64,000 nt of DNA from Eledone cirrhosa (lineage: Eukaryota): contig OZ024756.1 of assembly GCA_964016885.1 (NCBI GenBank), positions 37,820,001-37,884,000 on the forward strand, written 5' to 3'. How positions within the stretch are numbered: the first letter of the stretch is position 1; each line of letters begins with the position of its first letter. Positions 27,701 through 39,800 of the stretch are shown one piece after another. The position numbers were made by a program, and so were the translations under genes. A model generated the notes under the pieces. The model was not told where the DNA came from. It did no database searches and was given only the letters and a program-made list of their open reading frames with translations.

Positions 27701-30700
27701 TATTTTTCTTTCTGTTCTTTTTCTCCCCCCTCTCTCTTTCTCTCTCCCTCTCTATCTATCTCTTCTTTTTCTCTATTCTTTTATCAGTCTTTCCGTGCCT
27801 CTCTATCTCTCCTTCACTTTCTTTGTCGCTATCTTTCTCGCTTTTTCTCACTCTATTTATCTAGCTTTGTCTCAGTCTCTCTCTCTCTCTCTTTTCTCAC
27901 TTCTCACTATTTCTCTATCTCCTCTATTCTATTTTTTCTCTATTCTTTTATCAGTCTTTTTGTGCCTCTCTATCTCTCCTTTACTTTCTTTGTCTCTGTA
28001 TTTCTCTCTATTTATCTAGCTTTGTCTCAGTCTCTCTTTCTCTCTCTCTCAACTTCCTTCTCCTCACTCCTAATTCTGTCTTTGTTTGTTTCTCTCTAAT
28101 TAACCAATTCTGTTTGTTGCCTTAATGCTGTCTCTGATTGCCGCTGATTAACACTCTGTACGTTCATCTGCCACCTCCCTTTATTTGTAGAGTCGGCTTG
28201 TGCAGTCAAACAGTCCAAATTGGACGCCCCTGCTGCCTCAGTGTCAAACAGCAAAGGTAACCTACCGTGTAAACGTCCGTTTTAGTCACTGTCCACTGTC
28301 GCTATAGTTTAACATGGGGTGTGTGGGTATCTGTGTCTGTGGTGGTGGGGGGGGGGGGGTTCAGGGAATGTCCAAAAAGCCAAAGACAGCTTGGTAAAAA
28401 GTTATACATATATACTTATATATGTTTATATATATCAATAATATTGATAAATGGAAACTATCTTTATAAAACCATATTTATTTTATTATATATATTTCAA
28501 GGGTACCAGTATTTTGGTACGCTATAGCCAGATAAAATACAAAAATTGGTTTACAGATAGTGACAATAGCATACCAAAATAATGGTATCCTTGGAATATA
28601 TATAATAAAATAAATATGGTTTTATAAAGATAGTTTCCATTTATTAATATTATTGATATTATACTCCAGAAGAATCTGTTGAGTGCTTCTAATCTGTTAT
28701 AAATTAACTTTGTTGAATAATCAACAAATTAAATAACTCATTGTTTATATATGATGATTTCTCCTGAATGAAACAGTTCTAGTCCTGTAGAAGCCATTTC
28801 TATATTAAATATATATATATATATAGAGAGAAATTACTTTATAAATGTGGTCACCTTCAGATATACATCAGGGTTCCACCTATTATATATTTATATATGT
28901 ATATAAACTTGTAGTATATTCTTTCATACACACCCATATATATATATTTATATATAACACCATTATCTGATGACTGGTAGTCATCTAGTAAGAAAGAACT
29001 CAATGTTAAAAAATATTGCATAATTTAGATTTATTAATATTCATTATATGGCCACAAGGTTTCAGAAAATTTCTTCTCTGATGAAACTATGTGAATGCAG
29101 GCTTTTTGGAAACATTGTGGTCATGCCTCAATAATATTAGCAAATCTAATTATATATATATATATACACACATACATATATATGTGTGTGTGTACATGCA
29201 CACAAAGCATTCTGGAGTGGCTGTTTAATATGAAAAAAAAAATCTATATTTTTAGATAGCTGTCATGTAGTTGGGGTTTCTTCTAACTTTATGTGTGCAT
29301 GCATGCATTTATATGTATGCATGTGTGTGTGTATATATATATAAATATTTATATGCATGCATGTGTGTGTGTGTGTGTATGTGTGTATATATATATATAT
29401 CACGATAAATTAACGGAGCCATAGACTCTCGCTATTCCCTGTCAATAATGTGCTCAAAGGAGAAGGAATCCTGAGCTCTTTAAAATACAATATGTTGAAA
29501 AGGTAACACACTAGAGAGAGATAGTGCGCCATCAATAAAACAGGGAAAACCACCAGTGTATGGAGTCTATAACCTATGAAAGGCAGGGTAGACATACGAT
29601 AATTAAAAATATAAACTAAAATGTAAATACGCACCTCTATAACTATATAACACACGTACAAATCCACAGAGATCTGGAATAGCCCATGGTTCATCAGCTT
29701 GTGTATAGTCTTACACAGCTGATGAACCATGGGCTATTCCATTTGGATTTGTACGTGTGTTATATAGTTATAGCGGTGCGTATATACACTTTAGTTTATA
29801 TTTTTAATTATCGTGTGTCTACCCTGCCTTTCATAGGTTGTAGACTCCATACACTGGTGGTTTTCCCTCTTTTATTGATGGCGCACTATCTCTCTCTAGT
29901 GTGTTACCTTTTCAACATATTGTATATATATATATATATGCATGCATGTGTGTGTGTGTGTATATTTATATGCATGCATGTGTGTGTGTGTATATTTATA
30001 TGCATGCATGTGTGTGTGTGTGTGTGTGTATTTATATGCATGCATGCTACATTGTTTTTGTTGCCACTATTTCCTTCTTGGGGGCGGGGGGGGGGGGGGG
30101 GGGCTGCATTGTTTCAAATAGTGTAGAGGTGTAGCAAGTGCAGTGTAGTGTGTTTACTGCATTCTCAGCTGTGTGTGTGTGTGGACGCAGCATGCTGAAT
30201 GGTTAAGGACCTTGTTTCACAATCATTTGGTCCCACACCAGTTCTAGAACCTCCCAGACTTACTAATTCTATTCTGTTGCTGCTGCTGCTGCTTTTTGGA
30301 ATGTTTTTTTTTTTGTTTTTTAATTTCATTTTTGTTTAGTAAGATAAAACAAAGAATGTGCCCCTCCCTCTTCCCTATTACCCACCTGCCCCAATTTATC
30401 TGTCTGGGGTGGCGGGGGTTGCCTTGCTATTTCTATATATGTTGTCAATTGTTGTAGAAGATAGTATTGTGTTGTACTCTAGAAAAGTGGTAATGCTGGT
30501 GCCACAACAAAAAGCACCCAGTCCACCCTATAAGGTGGTAGTGCTGGTGCCGCAACAAAAAGCACCCAGTCCACCCTATAAGGTGGTAGTGCTGGTGCCA
30601 CAACAAAAAGCACCCAGTCCACCCTATAAGGTGGTAGTGCTGGTGCCACAACAAAAAGCACCCAGTCCACCCTATAAGGTGGTAGTGCTGGTGCCAGAAC

Positions 30701-32957
30701 AAAAAGCACCCAGTCCACCCTATAAGGTGGTAGTGCTGGTGCCATAACAAAAAGCACCCAGTCTACCCTATAAGGTGGTAGTGCTGGTGCCATAACAAAA
30801 AGCACCCAGTCTACCCTATAAGGTGGTAGTGCTGGTGCCATAACAAAAAGCACCCAGTCCATCCTATAAGGTGGTAGTACTGGTGCTACGATGAAAAACA
30901 CCCAGTCCGTCCTGAAAAGTGGTGTTGTTGGTGCTAGAACAAAAAGGATCCAGTCCACTCTGGGGTCAGTTTGTTGTAAACATTTGCAGTATTAGACTTA
31001 AATGTTTAATGCTGTTTTGTATTTTTCAAAAATGTCTTGCTTATGTGGTTTGTTAAACCCAAATGTTTATAGTGTCTTTAGTAGTGGACATATTGTTTTA
31101 AACATTAGAGTAAAGACTTCAATTTTTAGTGCTGTTTTTTTTTTTTTATATAACTTTTCAAGAATGCCTTGCCAATATGGTTTCATGTGTATGGTACAGG
31201 ATGTTAAGAGTTAAACACATCCATCTTTTTACACACATCTATCTCTTTTTAGCTCCTCCCATCTTTTTACACAATTTATTTTTCTTTAGTCCTTCACATA
31301 TATCTCTTTATTTTGCTACCCAAATCTGTTTGCAACACCCATTTCTCCCTAGCCTCTCAAGTTTTCGTAGAATCTTACATGGTTTTTTTCAGTTTTTACC
31401 TTCACATAAACATAGAGATGCACATGGATACATACACACAAATACACACACAAATACATACACACAAATACATACATACAAATACATACACACAAATGTC
31501 CATACACAAATACAGTTTCTGATAACAGATTCACTGACAAGACATTGGTCAGCTTGAAGCTGTAAAAGACAACTTGCCCAAAATTCCACTTAGTAGGATT
31601 GAACCTAAAGCCATGTGGTTGCAAAGCGAACTCATTCACCAATTAATTATACAAAAGATATGTAAGGTGTTGCCATACACACTTAGCTAATGTGACTAGT
31701 GCACCTGAGCATGGTACACAATCATTTTCATTATTATAAGATGGAATTTGGTTTGTTTTATTTTTTTCTAACCCTTTTGATACCAAACTTCCTGAAACTA
31801 ACTCTAGTTCTATGATAGAGAACTGTTTATTATAATTTATTTATCTAAAAGCTTTCCACAGTAATTTTAATGTAAGAGCTTTTGTTATGTTTCAAAACAC
31901 CAGCTTAATAATGTGAAAGCTACATTAGTAAACTCTCCAAATTTTTGAATTACATGAGAGAAAAGTAGACTACACTTGTATGGACATGTGACGTGTTGTT
32001 TGTATGGTGATTGTTAGGTGAAGAATGAGGTGGTCAGAATGAGAAAAAACTGGGTGTGAGAAGAATCAAATGATGTGTGCAGTAGAGAAGACTGCACTGG
32101 TATGGACATGTGATGTGGTTGTATGATGAGAAGACTGCACTGGTATGGACATGTGACATGTTGTTTGTATGATAATGATGATTGTTGGTTAAAGCAGAAC
32201 AAGTACTGTGGAGAGAGAGTTCAAGGCATCTAAAGTTCAGACATGGAAGGAGTTTGAAGTCAGAATCTAACTTCAGATCAGCAAATACAGTAATCCTCCA
32301 AAGATGACAGAAATATTAGAAAAAAGGCTATTTTAGTTTGAACCAGGTTTTGGACTTTAACTGTTATATTGAGGAAGGTTTTTTTTTTTCTTCTTTTGTT
32401 TACATTATTTCCCCATTTTTTTAAACAGAAAAAGGCGAGAGAATTCTGGCCCAATAAAAACAGGTTTAGATACTAAAGGGTTAACCCTTTAGCATTCACA
32501 TTACTCTATATATACTATTGTATTTTCGCAGTAAAGGCTTTATCTCGCATAATTATTCACATTGAATCTATGAGATTTTGATGATGTTATTATTTACTTT
32601 AAAAACAAGACCTTAATATCAGTATGAATGGTTAGTTACAGCCAGTTTGAACAGAAAGGGGTGAGAGAATTCTGGCCCAATAACGACCGGTTTAAATGCT
32701 AAAGGGTTAAAGAATCAAGCCAATGATTTTTGCTTATATCTTTCTGAGTTTAATGTTCATTGAACTTCCTTTGATGAGTAACATACTCAATATATATTTA
32801 TATGTATAGATTAAACCTAATTATAGTATATACATATATACATTTATATATATATATTTTATTTTATTTATTTATTCATTTATTTTCTTTTTACAGAGAT
32901 GTCTTCACTGGATGGGTTGCGACGAGACAAGCCACAAATTCCTACCCTGTCAAGTAA
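16948..32957 (+). CDS. TOX: TOX-family HMG-box transcription factor (TOX3/TOX4-like), spliced CDS join(16948..17580,18395..18507,21478..21613,22701..22781,23495..23773,24355..24485,32897..32957); 5' end not resolved
   Basis: All junctions are GT-AG with consistent phases (0,2,0,0,0,2); total 1434 nt = 477 aa + stop. Translation shows the TOX N-terminal motif [71 protein letters not shown] (HMG box), and C-terminal CVRNGC...[23 protein letters not shown] like TOX4. Confidence 0.96.
17930..18394. repeat. Minisatellite, 29-bp unit ctactctatacatctatcaacattgtcta
   Basis: Tandem copies run directly into the TOX splice acceptor at 18393-18394. Confidence 0.92.
18395..18507 (+). CDS. TOX: TOX exon: basic NLS leading into HMG box
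   Basis: tatacag|TTG; [37 protein letters not shown](K); donor AA|gtaagt; 113 nt. Confidence 0.92.
18520..19000 (-). pseudogene. RTE-clade LINE 3' ORF relic in TOX intron
   Basis: Minus-strand peptides [21 protein letters not shown] and [16 protein letters not shown] are typical of the RTE post-RT region; interrupted by stops and frameshifts. Confidence 0.7.
19160..19612. repeat. Minisatellite, 35-bp unit atatcttcactgatagttggccttacaatgccaca
   Basis: About 13 head-to-tail copies. Confidence 0.92.
21478..21613 (+). CDS. TOX: TOX exon: HMG box helices 1-2
   Basis: attacag|A; (K)[45 protein letters not shown]; donor AGT|gtaagt; 136 nt. Confidence 0.97.
21735..21960 (+). mobile_element. tRNA-derived SINE family 2 in TOX intron
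   Basis: Same head and central domain, with (ATT)n tail. Confidence 0.85.
22026..22460. repeat. Minisatellite, 30-bp unit actatcaaccataccactgccactacaaac
   Basis: About 14 near-identical copies. Confidence 0.95.
22701..22781 (+). CDS. TOX: TOX exon: HMG box helix 3
   Basis: tttttcag|GTG; [27 protein letters not shown]; donor CAG|gtatat; 81 nt. Confidence 0.96.
23495..23773 (+). CDS. TOX: TOX exon: Pro/Ser/Gln-rich linker
   Basis: cattccag|ACA; [13 protein letters not shown]...QQTIVSQ open for 93 codons; donor CAG|gtaaag; phase 0-0 fits neighbours. Confidence 0.85.
24355..24485 (+). CDS. TOX: TOX exon: C-terminal Cys-rich motif (TOX4-type)
   Basis: ttgttccag|GCC; [43 protein letters not shown](R); donor CG|gtaagt; 131 nt. 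Confidence 0.93.
24784..25119 (+). mobile_element. tRNA-derived SINE with CORE-like middle and RTE-type (GAT)n tail
   Basis: A-box-like tggcttagtggttaga, B-box-like gagttcaattc, ccttgagcaagacacttt, ttaggaagggcatccagctgtagaaa, ggacgtaaaatgatgatgat; near-identical copy at 37231. Confidence 0.85.
28191..28256 (+). CDS. Candidate 66-nt cassette exon in the last TOX intron
   Basis: Strong acceptor ccacctccctttatttgtag|, donor AAG|gtaacc, length multiple of 3, no stop in phase 2 ([21 protein letters not shown]), GC-rich island in an AT-rich intron. Confidence 0.4.
28432..28659. repeat. Inverted repeat (~94-bp arms, ~40-bp spacer)
   Basis: 28432-28525 versus 28566-28659 are reverse complements with few mismatches. 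Confidence 0.88.
29485..29925. repeat. Long hairpin (~210-bp arms, short loop)
   Basis: 29485-29699 versus 29717-29925 are reverse complements; the ORF track shows near-identical peptides on both strands (29410..29730 minus, 29686..30126 plus). Confidence 0.93.
30485..30960. repeat. Minisatellite, 48-bp unit
   Basis: aaggtggtagtgctggtgccacaacaaaaagcacccagtccaccctat, about 10 copies. Confidence 0.93.
32481..32710. mobile_element. piggyBac-type MITE (TTAA target, ccctttagcatt TIR)
   Basis: TTAA-ccctttagcatt...aatgctaaaggg-TTAA; shares its left TTAA with the end of a preceding partial copy. Confidence 0.8.
32897..32957 (+). CDS. TOX: TOX last coding exon
   Basis: ttttttacag|A; (R)[19 protein letters not shown]-stop, matching the TOX4-like CRDVF..WV ending; phase 2 fits the previous exon. 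Confidence 0.93.
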
Positions 32958-33893
32958 AATGACCCCCATGGGTGACCTCCTAAGACAAGTGATCCCTCAC
33001 TGCCAAGCCAGATGTGCAGAGCAATGATCCATCAGTGCAACAGTGCAGCTGTCTGCTCATCTAATCAATGGCAGTTCAATAATTAATAACTTATATGTTA
33101 ATGTACAATTTCCCACACTAATACAAGATATATTACTTATATATTTATATATATATATATATAAAAAATAAATTCAAGATCTATTATATATATATACACA
33201 TACATAGTGTGCTCCCCAAAAATGTATACACACTTCAACAGCATTCTAGTCAAAGTGTGTATACATTTTTGGGGGACATCCTGTATATATATGTGTGGCT
33301 GTGTGTATGTATACTATACATGCTGAAGCATATATATACACACACACACATGAACAACACACAAGAAAAGATAAATATATTTTATATATAATTATATATC
33401 ATCATCATCATCATTGTTGTTTTAACATCCAAATTTTCTATGTTGGCATGGATGGATCAAGCAGGCAGTCCACCTTGTACAGCATATATTGTTATTGGCA
33501 TTGGGCTTAGTCCTTCATTATCCCTAGAAGACCCCCTTAATAGTCATAGGCTGAAACTTTGCCACATCTTGGTGGTTCTTTGTTATTGCTGGCACCACAA
33601 TTACCTCCCCTGACAAACAAGCCACACCCACCCAACTACTGTTTACATGTCAATCACAGTGTATCTGCATCCCCCCCTCTTTCTCTTTGTCTCTTTGCAT
33701 TACTTTGCTCTATAAAAGCTTCGATGCCTGCAGCCGATGAGGGAGCATATACTGGCGTCGCTCAACCCCAGTATATGATACCAGCTGTATCCCTCACAAA
33801 GCATTGTCTGTATATATATATATATATACACATATATACCACAATTTGTCCCTTGGATTGAGTGCTCTACCAGCTTTGGATATTTGCTACAAA

Positions 33894-33941
<48 letters not shown>

Positions 33942-33979
33942 ATGAGAATTTTCTATATCTAAACATATATGGTATGTTT

Positions 33980-33989
33980 AATAAATAAA
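33980..33989 (+). terminator. Candidate TOX polyadenylation signal (overlapping AATAAA x2)
   Basis: AATAAATAAA ~1 kb after the stop codon; another AATAAA at 33167. AT-rich context makes chance matches likely. Confidence 0.3.
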
Positions 33990-34033
33990 CATTTTGAAAG
34001 CTAAGCTATAAATATTGAAAGGCTGACATCCAA

Positions 34034-34046
34034 CGCCATCTAGTGG
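34034..34046 (-). promoter_or_regulatory. CTCF-like core motif
   Basis: Minus strand reads CCACTAGATGGCG, matching the CCACYAGRKGGCR consensus; just 3' of AATAAA at 33980. Confidence 0.4.
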
Positions 34047-35737
34047 ATTTCAGCAGAAGCAGGAAGGGATAACTGCCTATATGTATTTCAAACTTAAAGG
34101 TACTTATCAGGGTAGTGCTTCACTGCTGCCTTCTGCATTGAAGCTAAATTTTAATTCTATATATACACACTACAATATGAGTAGCTTTATATTGTAGAAT
34201 GAGGAATATTCTCAAGAAGTTTGGTAACAAACAGATGCAATAAGTGGCAGTTATTATATAAGAAAACTGATATCTTTAAGAAGATGGTTGGGTAGTTTTA
34301 AAGTATATTTTTATCAGCCTTATTGTCACCACTTATACATTTTTCCTCTGTAGTATCTTGACATTTTGAAGTTATCTATCTCACTGGCCCCCAGTACCAC
34401 ATTTGTGGACCACTCAGATTGGGAAACACTGATCTAAGGGAAGAATGTGTAGTCCATTGACTGCCTTTAGCCTCCATTTTCTACTGGGAGATATAGCTTT
34501 AAGGTAATTGTCAAATATACAGCATAGCAGCCCTAACTGATCTCATTTCTGTAACCATTCCAAAATTGACATTACTAGATATATAAACCACAGCATACAT
34601 AGATTAATTAACAGTGGGTCCCAAGACCTGGTGAAGTCCTTCTCCCACTTCTCTTAACTGCTCAGTGATCTTATGCCTTAATGCTAAACTCTTCTCCATT
34701 GAACCCTTCCCTGTTAAAACCCAGGACTGTCTTAACAGCATTATAGGTTTGGGGACAAAGCAATATACACTGGGTCCTTAGATAAACAACCACAACATAC
34801 ATAGATTAACATTAGGGCCCTAGACCTGGTGGGCCTCTGGGCAAAGCAATACACTAGAGGCCCTTACATACACAACCATAGCATACATAGATTAAAAGTG
34901 GGCTCCTAGACCCTGTGGGTCTCTGAACAAAAATAATGCATTGGGGCTGCTAGACCTGGTGAACCCCCAAGCAATGACCCAGTCTGCACATGCCTTAAAG
35001 CACTGATTATCAGTTAGTTGTATACAGGGACAACAAAACATCTTGTCGTCCCTCTCTTGTATAGAACCAGGAGCAGCCTGGTATGAAAAGGGTTAAATGT
35101 AAAGATGTGTGGGTTTAGTTGTTAGTGGTGGGTTAAATGAGCCCTAACAGTTGGAAGGTTAACGCTTAACACCAATGAAATTGGGTTAAGCTCTGGCCCC
35201 CTCAGCCCTTGGGCTCAAAGAACACTTTAACAAACTTCAAAACAGTGCTTCCCAAACTTTTTTTGACCAAGGACCTCTCGTTTATTTAAATATATTTTTT
35301 TCCACTGAAGTATGGAGGTTGTAAAAAGTTTGTTTACTCAATATAGTGGTGAGGACCCCAATACCTATCACCTATCCACAGTACTCCCTTTGCAGGCCTC
35401 ACATTGGTAATAATTGTTTTAGAATATGCTAGAGAACCTCACAGAAGAGATGACAGTGAAAGAAGCCAGCCAGCCTTGTGTTGGTCAGTTGTTTCGTTGG
35501 TTGTTCAGCCGGTCAGTGAGTCATTCCATACAAACATTATGTTAGGGTAGAAATGTAATGCATAAGACTGGTGATGGTGGTGGTGTTGAAGGGTGTTGTA
35601 CATGATGATGATGATGGTGGTGATGATGATAATGGTGGTGGTGATGTAGATGATGATGATGATGGTAGTGGAGGTGAAGATGGTGATGAAGTAAAGGTAC
35701 TGATGGTGGTGATGATGATGTAATTACAAATATATAT

Positions 35738-35910
35738 ACTCTGATGCGCTTCTGATCTGCATTCAGGCATTTCGTTGGACACACATTTTGCGGGAAGCTT
35801 TCTCATGTCCAGAATGTGGATGATGTGGCCAACTCTTCTGCAGGAAACCCCCAGAATCTTAGCTATGACTTCAGCCGAAATCTGGCAGTCCTCAAGAATC
35901 ATGACGTGCT
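35738..35910 (-). pseudogene. mariner transposase relic (Himar1/irritans-like HTH-linker region)
   Basis: MILEDCQISAEVIAKILGVSCRRVGHIIHILDMRKLPAKC plus frameshifted KCLNADQKRIRV matches the ERVGHIIH.LDMRKL.AKWVP..L..DQK motif. Confidence 0.75.
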
Positions 35911-36540
35911 CAGCGTCAGCTTTGTTATATGACCTCGAAATGACCAAGACCTTTTCAGCACCTTCTCATATTATATGATTTTAACCCTTCATTCATTTCA
36001 CTTGAGATTAGTGACTTGAAATGTAACAAAACTCATAACTTCTATGCTGCTGGCTATCCACCACCACCACCATCATCATCATCATCACCATTTCTCCCAT
36101 CCTTGTTTATTTTGTGTTCTTTTACTTTTTTTTTTTTTTTTTTTTACTTACATACATGGCCTCGTGGTTAGGGTATTGGACCTATGATCATAAGGTCACA
36201 AGTTCGATTCCCTGACTGAGCAGCATGCTGTGTTCTTCAACAAAATACTATATTTCAAATTGTTCCTTCTGCCAGGTGCTGTGAAAGGCACTGGTCCTTT
36301 TTTCTTTTTGTGTGATTTATATATTTCACCCCCTCTCCACCTGGATTTAAAAAAAAAATTGTTTGAATAAATATTTATTTAGTTTTTTTTTTTTGTTTTT
36401 TTTTTTCTTTTGTACTTGATACAAAATCTAGAAACAAATGTAAAATAAATCTGCTTGATAGGAAAAATAAAATAAAATATAAAGAAATAAAACACAACTG
36501 ATAAAAATGAAATATATGTATATACACACATTTGTGTGCA

Positions 36541-36592
<52 letters not shown>

Positions 36593-37230
36593 TTGTGTGT
36601 ATGTGTGTGTATATATATATACATTGTATGTGTGTATATATACATATATATGGCTGAAATAAATTCTCAAAAAAAAAAGTTGTATAATTGCTGATGATGA
36701 TTATGATGATTATTGGAAACTTGAAAGAAAATTCTATTCTTCTATATAGCTGCCCCATTAGAAGAGATATACATAATATATATATCATGTATATATATAT
36801 CATGTATATATATATATATGTCTCCCACCCATCTTCATTTTCTTTAGAGCAGTCACTGAAATCTCTCTTTAAGACACTTTGCTATTTTAAGAGGGAGCTG
36901 GTGAGATATTGGTGCATTATGTGAGCTGGTGGGAGGTCTTGCTGTCTTTAGAGAGCTTGTGGGGGGCCTTGCTGTTTTTAGAGAGCTTGTGGGAGGTCTT
37001 GCTGTCTTTAGAGAGTTGGTGAGGAAGCTACGCAGTTTTTAAAGGGCCAGTGGACCTTTTAAACTTCCATATTGATTTATTTTTTACATGCATTCACATA
37101 CAAACATTCATACACACATTACATTGGACAAGTGGAACCATGAAACTTATATAACTCCCTACAGAAGGTAACTTCAAAAATCATGTGTGTATATATATAT
37201 ACGTATACTATATATATATATATATATAAT

Positions 37231-37573
37231 GGAGGCACATGGCTTAGTGGTTAGAGCATTGGCCTTGCAATCGAAAGGTTGTGAGTTCAATTCTCAGACC
37301 GGGTGATGCGTTGTTTCCTTGAGCAAGACACTTTATTTCACATTGCTCCAGTTTACTCAGCTGTAGAAATGAGATGATAGGGACTGGGGTCCCTATCATT
37401 CCACTGCAAAGTGGTCGTGGAGGTGCCATGGCAAAAAAGCACCCAGCACTCACTGTAAATGAGGTTAGTGTTAGGAAGGGCATCCAGCTGTAGAAATCAA
37501 GCCAGAATCAGTTCCCGTCCCACCCTTGAAAGCAGGGAAAAGCGGACGTAAAATGAAATGATGATGATGATGA

Positions 37574-37577
<4 letters not shown>
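37231..37577 (+). mobile_element. tRNA-derived SINE, same family as 24784-25119
   Basis: Colinear, highly similar sequence; inserted in (TA)n. Another 3' end begins on the minus strand at ~63960. Confidence 0.85.
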
Positions 37578-37607
<30 letters not shown>

Positions 37608-37633
37608 GTATATGCATACACATACAGACACAC

Positions 37634-37676
<43 letters not shown>

Positions 37677-38116
37677 GTTAAGCTTTTATCGTTTTGATAG
37701 CAGATGAAGAACTTAGTACTTATAGAATACTAAGTTGAATAATGGACTTACCAGTCTTAAACCAGTAACATTCCACCTATATGAATATATATATATATAT
37801 ATACACACACATATATATATATATATGTATATACGATGATGACATATATATATATATATATATATATATTCACGCATACACGTACACACATTTATATTAC
37901 AAAGTTACATATAAAATGTGTAGAAATATTTTGAAGATGTATGGATGGATGTTTGGTTGGTATAGATGTGTGTGTGTTTGTCCATGTGTATATATAACTT
38001 AAATATATGTATAACTTCAGGAAAAGTGTATATGTATATACTGGATATTTCTATATCTTTACATAGATGTTCCCATATATTGTGTATATAAAAGTTTTTA
38101 TGTACACACCAGCAGA

Positions 38117-38160
<44 letters not shown>

Positions 38161-39033
38161 CATATATGTATATATATATATGATATATTTATATATAATA
38201 TTATATATATGTGTGTGTGTGTGCCTCTCTGAAACCTAGAGAATGGCAAAGTACTCAATACATGAACTCGAGTACATATATTTTCATTTATTCCATTAAT
38301 GTCTCGTATGGGACTTGTTCTGTTCTCTTTAGGAATTTGTATGAGTGTGCGTATATATATATATACATATATAAATATATACACATATATATATATATAA
38401 ATATATACATATATATATATATATATAAATATATACATATATAAATATATATATAAATATGTACACATATATATATTTATATATATATATATAAGTATGT
38501 ACACATATATTTATATATATATATATAAATATGTACACATATATATATTTATATATATATATATAAATATGTACACATATATAAATATATATATGTATAT
38601 ACAAGAAGAGAGAGTATGTGTGTGAGAGGGAGGCACATTGTGAGTTTATCCCACCTGTCTCCAAGCTTCATGCCCTCCCTGCCCCCCTTAACTTTGGGGA
38701 CAGCTCCAACCCCTCACCCTGACCCTGTCCCAAATGGCCAACCTTCCCCACTACCAGGTTCCACTTGACACCTTCGTTACCATGGTGTGGGATGTAGGAG
38801 AATTTAAGTAAATTAAGTGAGGTTTGATCATCTTCCTATGTAATAATTGTTTTACATTTGTCCTTCCATAACATTACATCCAGTTAACCCTTCACCCTTG
38901 CTCACTCCCCTCTTTCTTTCTCTCCACCTCACCTATCACCTTTGAGGAATTCTCTACATGGATGTTTCTGTGCTAGAAATAGTAGCCAAATGTCCCCTCC
39001 CTTCTCCAATCTCCACAAAATTACTTTACTGTC

Positions 39034-39250
39034 TTAACCCTTTAACATTTACATTACTCTATATATTCTATTGTATTTTTGTGGTAAAGGCTTTACATCA
39101 CATAATATCGAATCTATGAGATTTTGATATTATTTATTTTGAGAATAATACCTTAACATCAGTATGAGTGGCCATTTACAGCCAGTTTGAACAAAAAGAG
39201 GTGAGAGAATTCTGGGCCACATATGGTTAGTTTAAATGCTAAAGGGTTAA
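39034..39250. mobile_element. piggyBac-type MITE
   Basis: TTAA-ccctttaacattt...aaatgctaaaggg-TTAA; same family as 32481. Confidence 0.8.
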
Positions 39251-39469
39251 AATAAAACAATAAAGTTTACATTTGATAATGTAATTCTGCTGTAAAAGAT
39301 GGGTTGATCTCACTCGGGAATTCTTAAATATTTATAAGGAAGTACTAAGCAGCAGCAGCAACATCATTGGACAAATGTAGTATCTTAGAGCTGGAAAGGG
39401 AGGTTGCGTGCTTGAATTGCTATCACACAACCCTGTGACTTGTCATAAAAACTGTCAGCAACAGAAAGG

Positions 39470-39800
39470 TCAAAGGAAATATGGTTTCCTTGGTCTGATC
39501 TGATGATCAACTCCTTTCTTTTCTTCTGCCAGGAGTTGTGACCAACAGATAATATCAGCAATGAAAAGTTCAATAGAAACATGGTTTCCTTGGTCTGATC
39601 TGATGATCAACTCCTTTCTTTTCTTCTGCCAGGAGTTGTGACCAACAGATAATATCAGCAATGAAAAGTTCAATAGAAACATGGTTTCCTTGGTCTGATC
39701 TGATGATCAACTCACTTCCTTTCTTCTCCCAGGACTTATGACCAACAGATAGTGTATCAGCAATGAAAAGACCAATGGAAACCATGTTTACTTGACCTAA
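39470..39800. repeat. Tandem repeat, 100-bp unit (~3 copies)
   Basis: atggtttccttggtctgatc at 39481, 39581 and 39681. Confidence 0.9.

Noticed and set aside
29717-29750. Hammerhead at CTGATGAACCATGG
   Set aside because: No GAAA/GUH half follows; at most a truncated remnant.
33730-33800. CCGATGAGGGA...hairpin as a hammerhead in the TOX 3' UTR; similar weak matches at ~28948, ~37700, ~41007, ~51505
   Set aside because: Core incomplete or mutated and no stem I/III; cannot be distinguished from chance or heavy decay.
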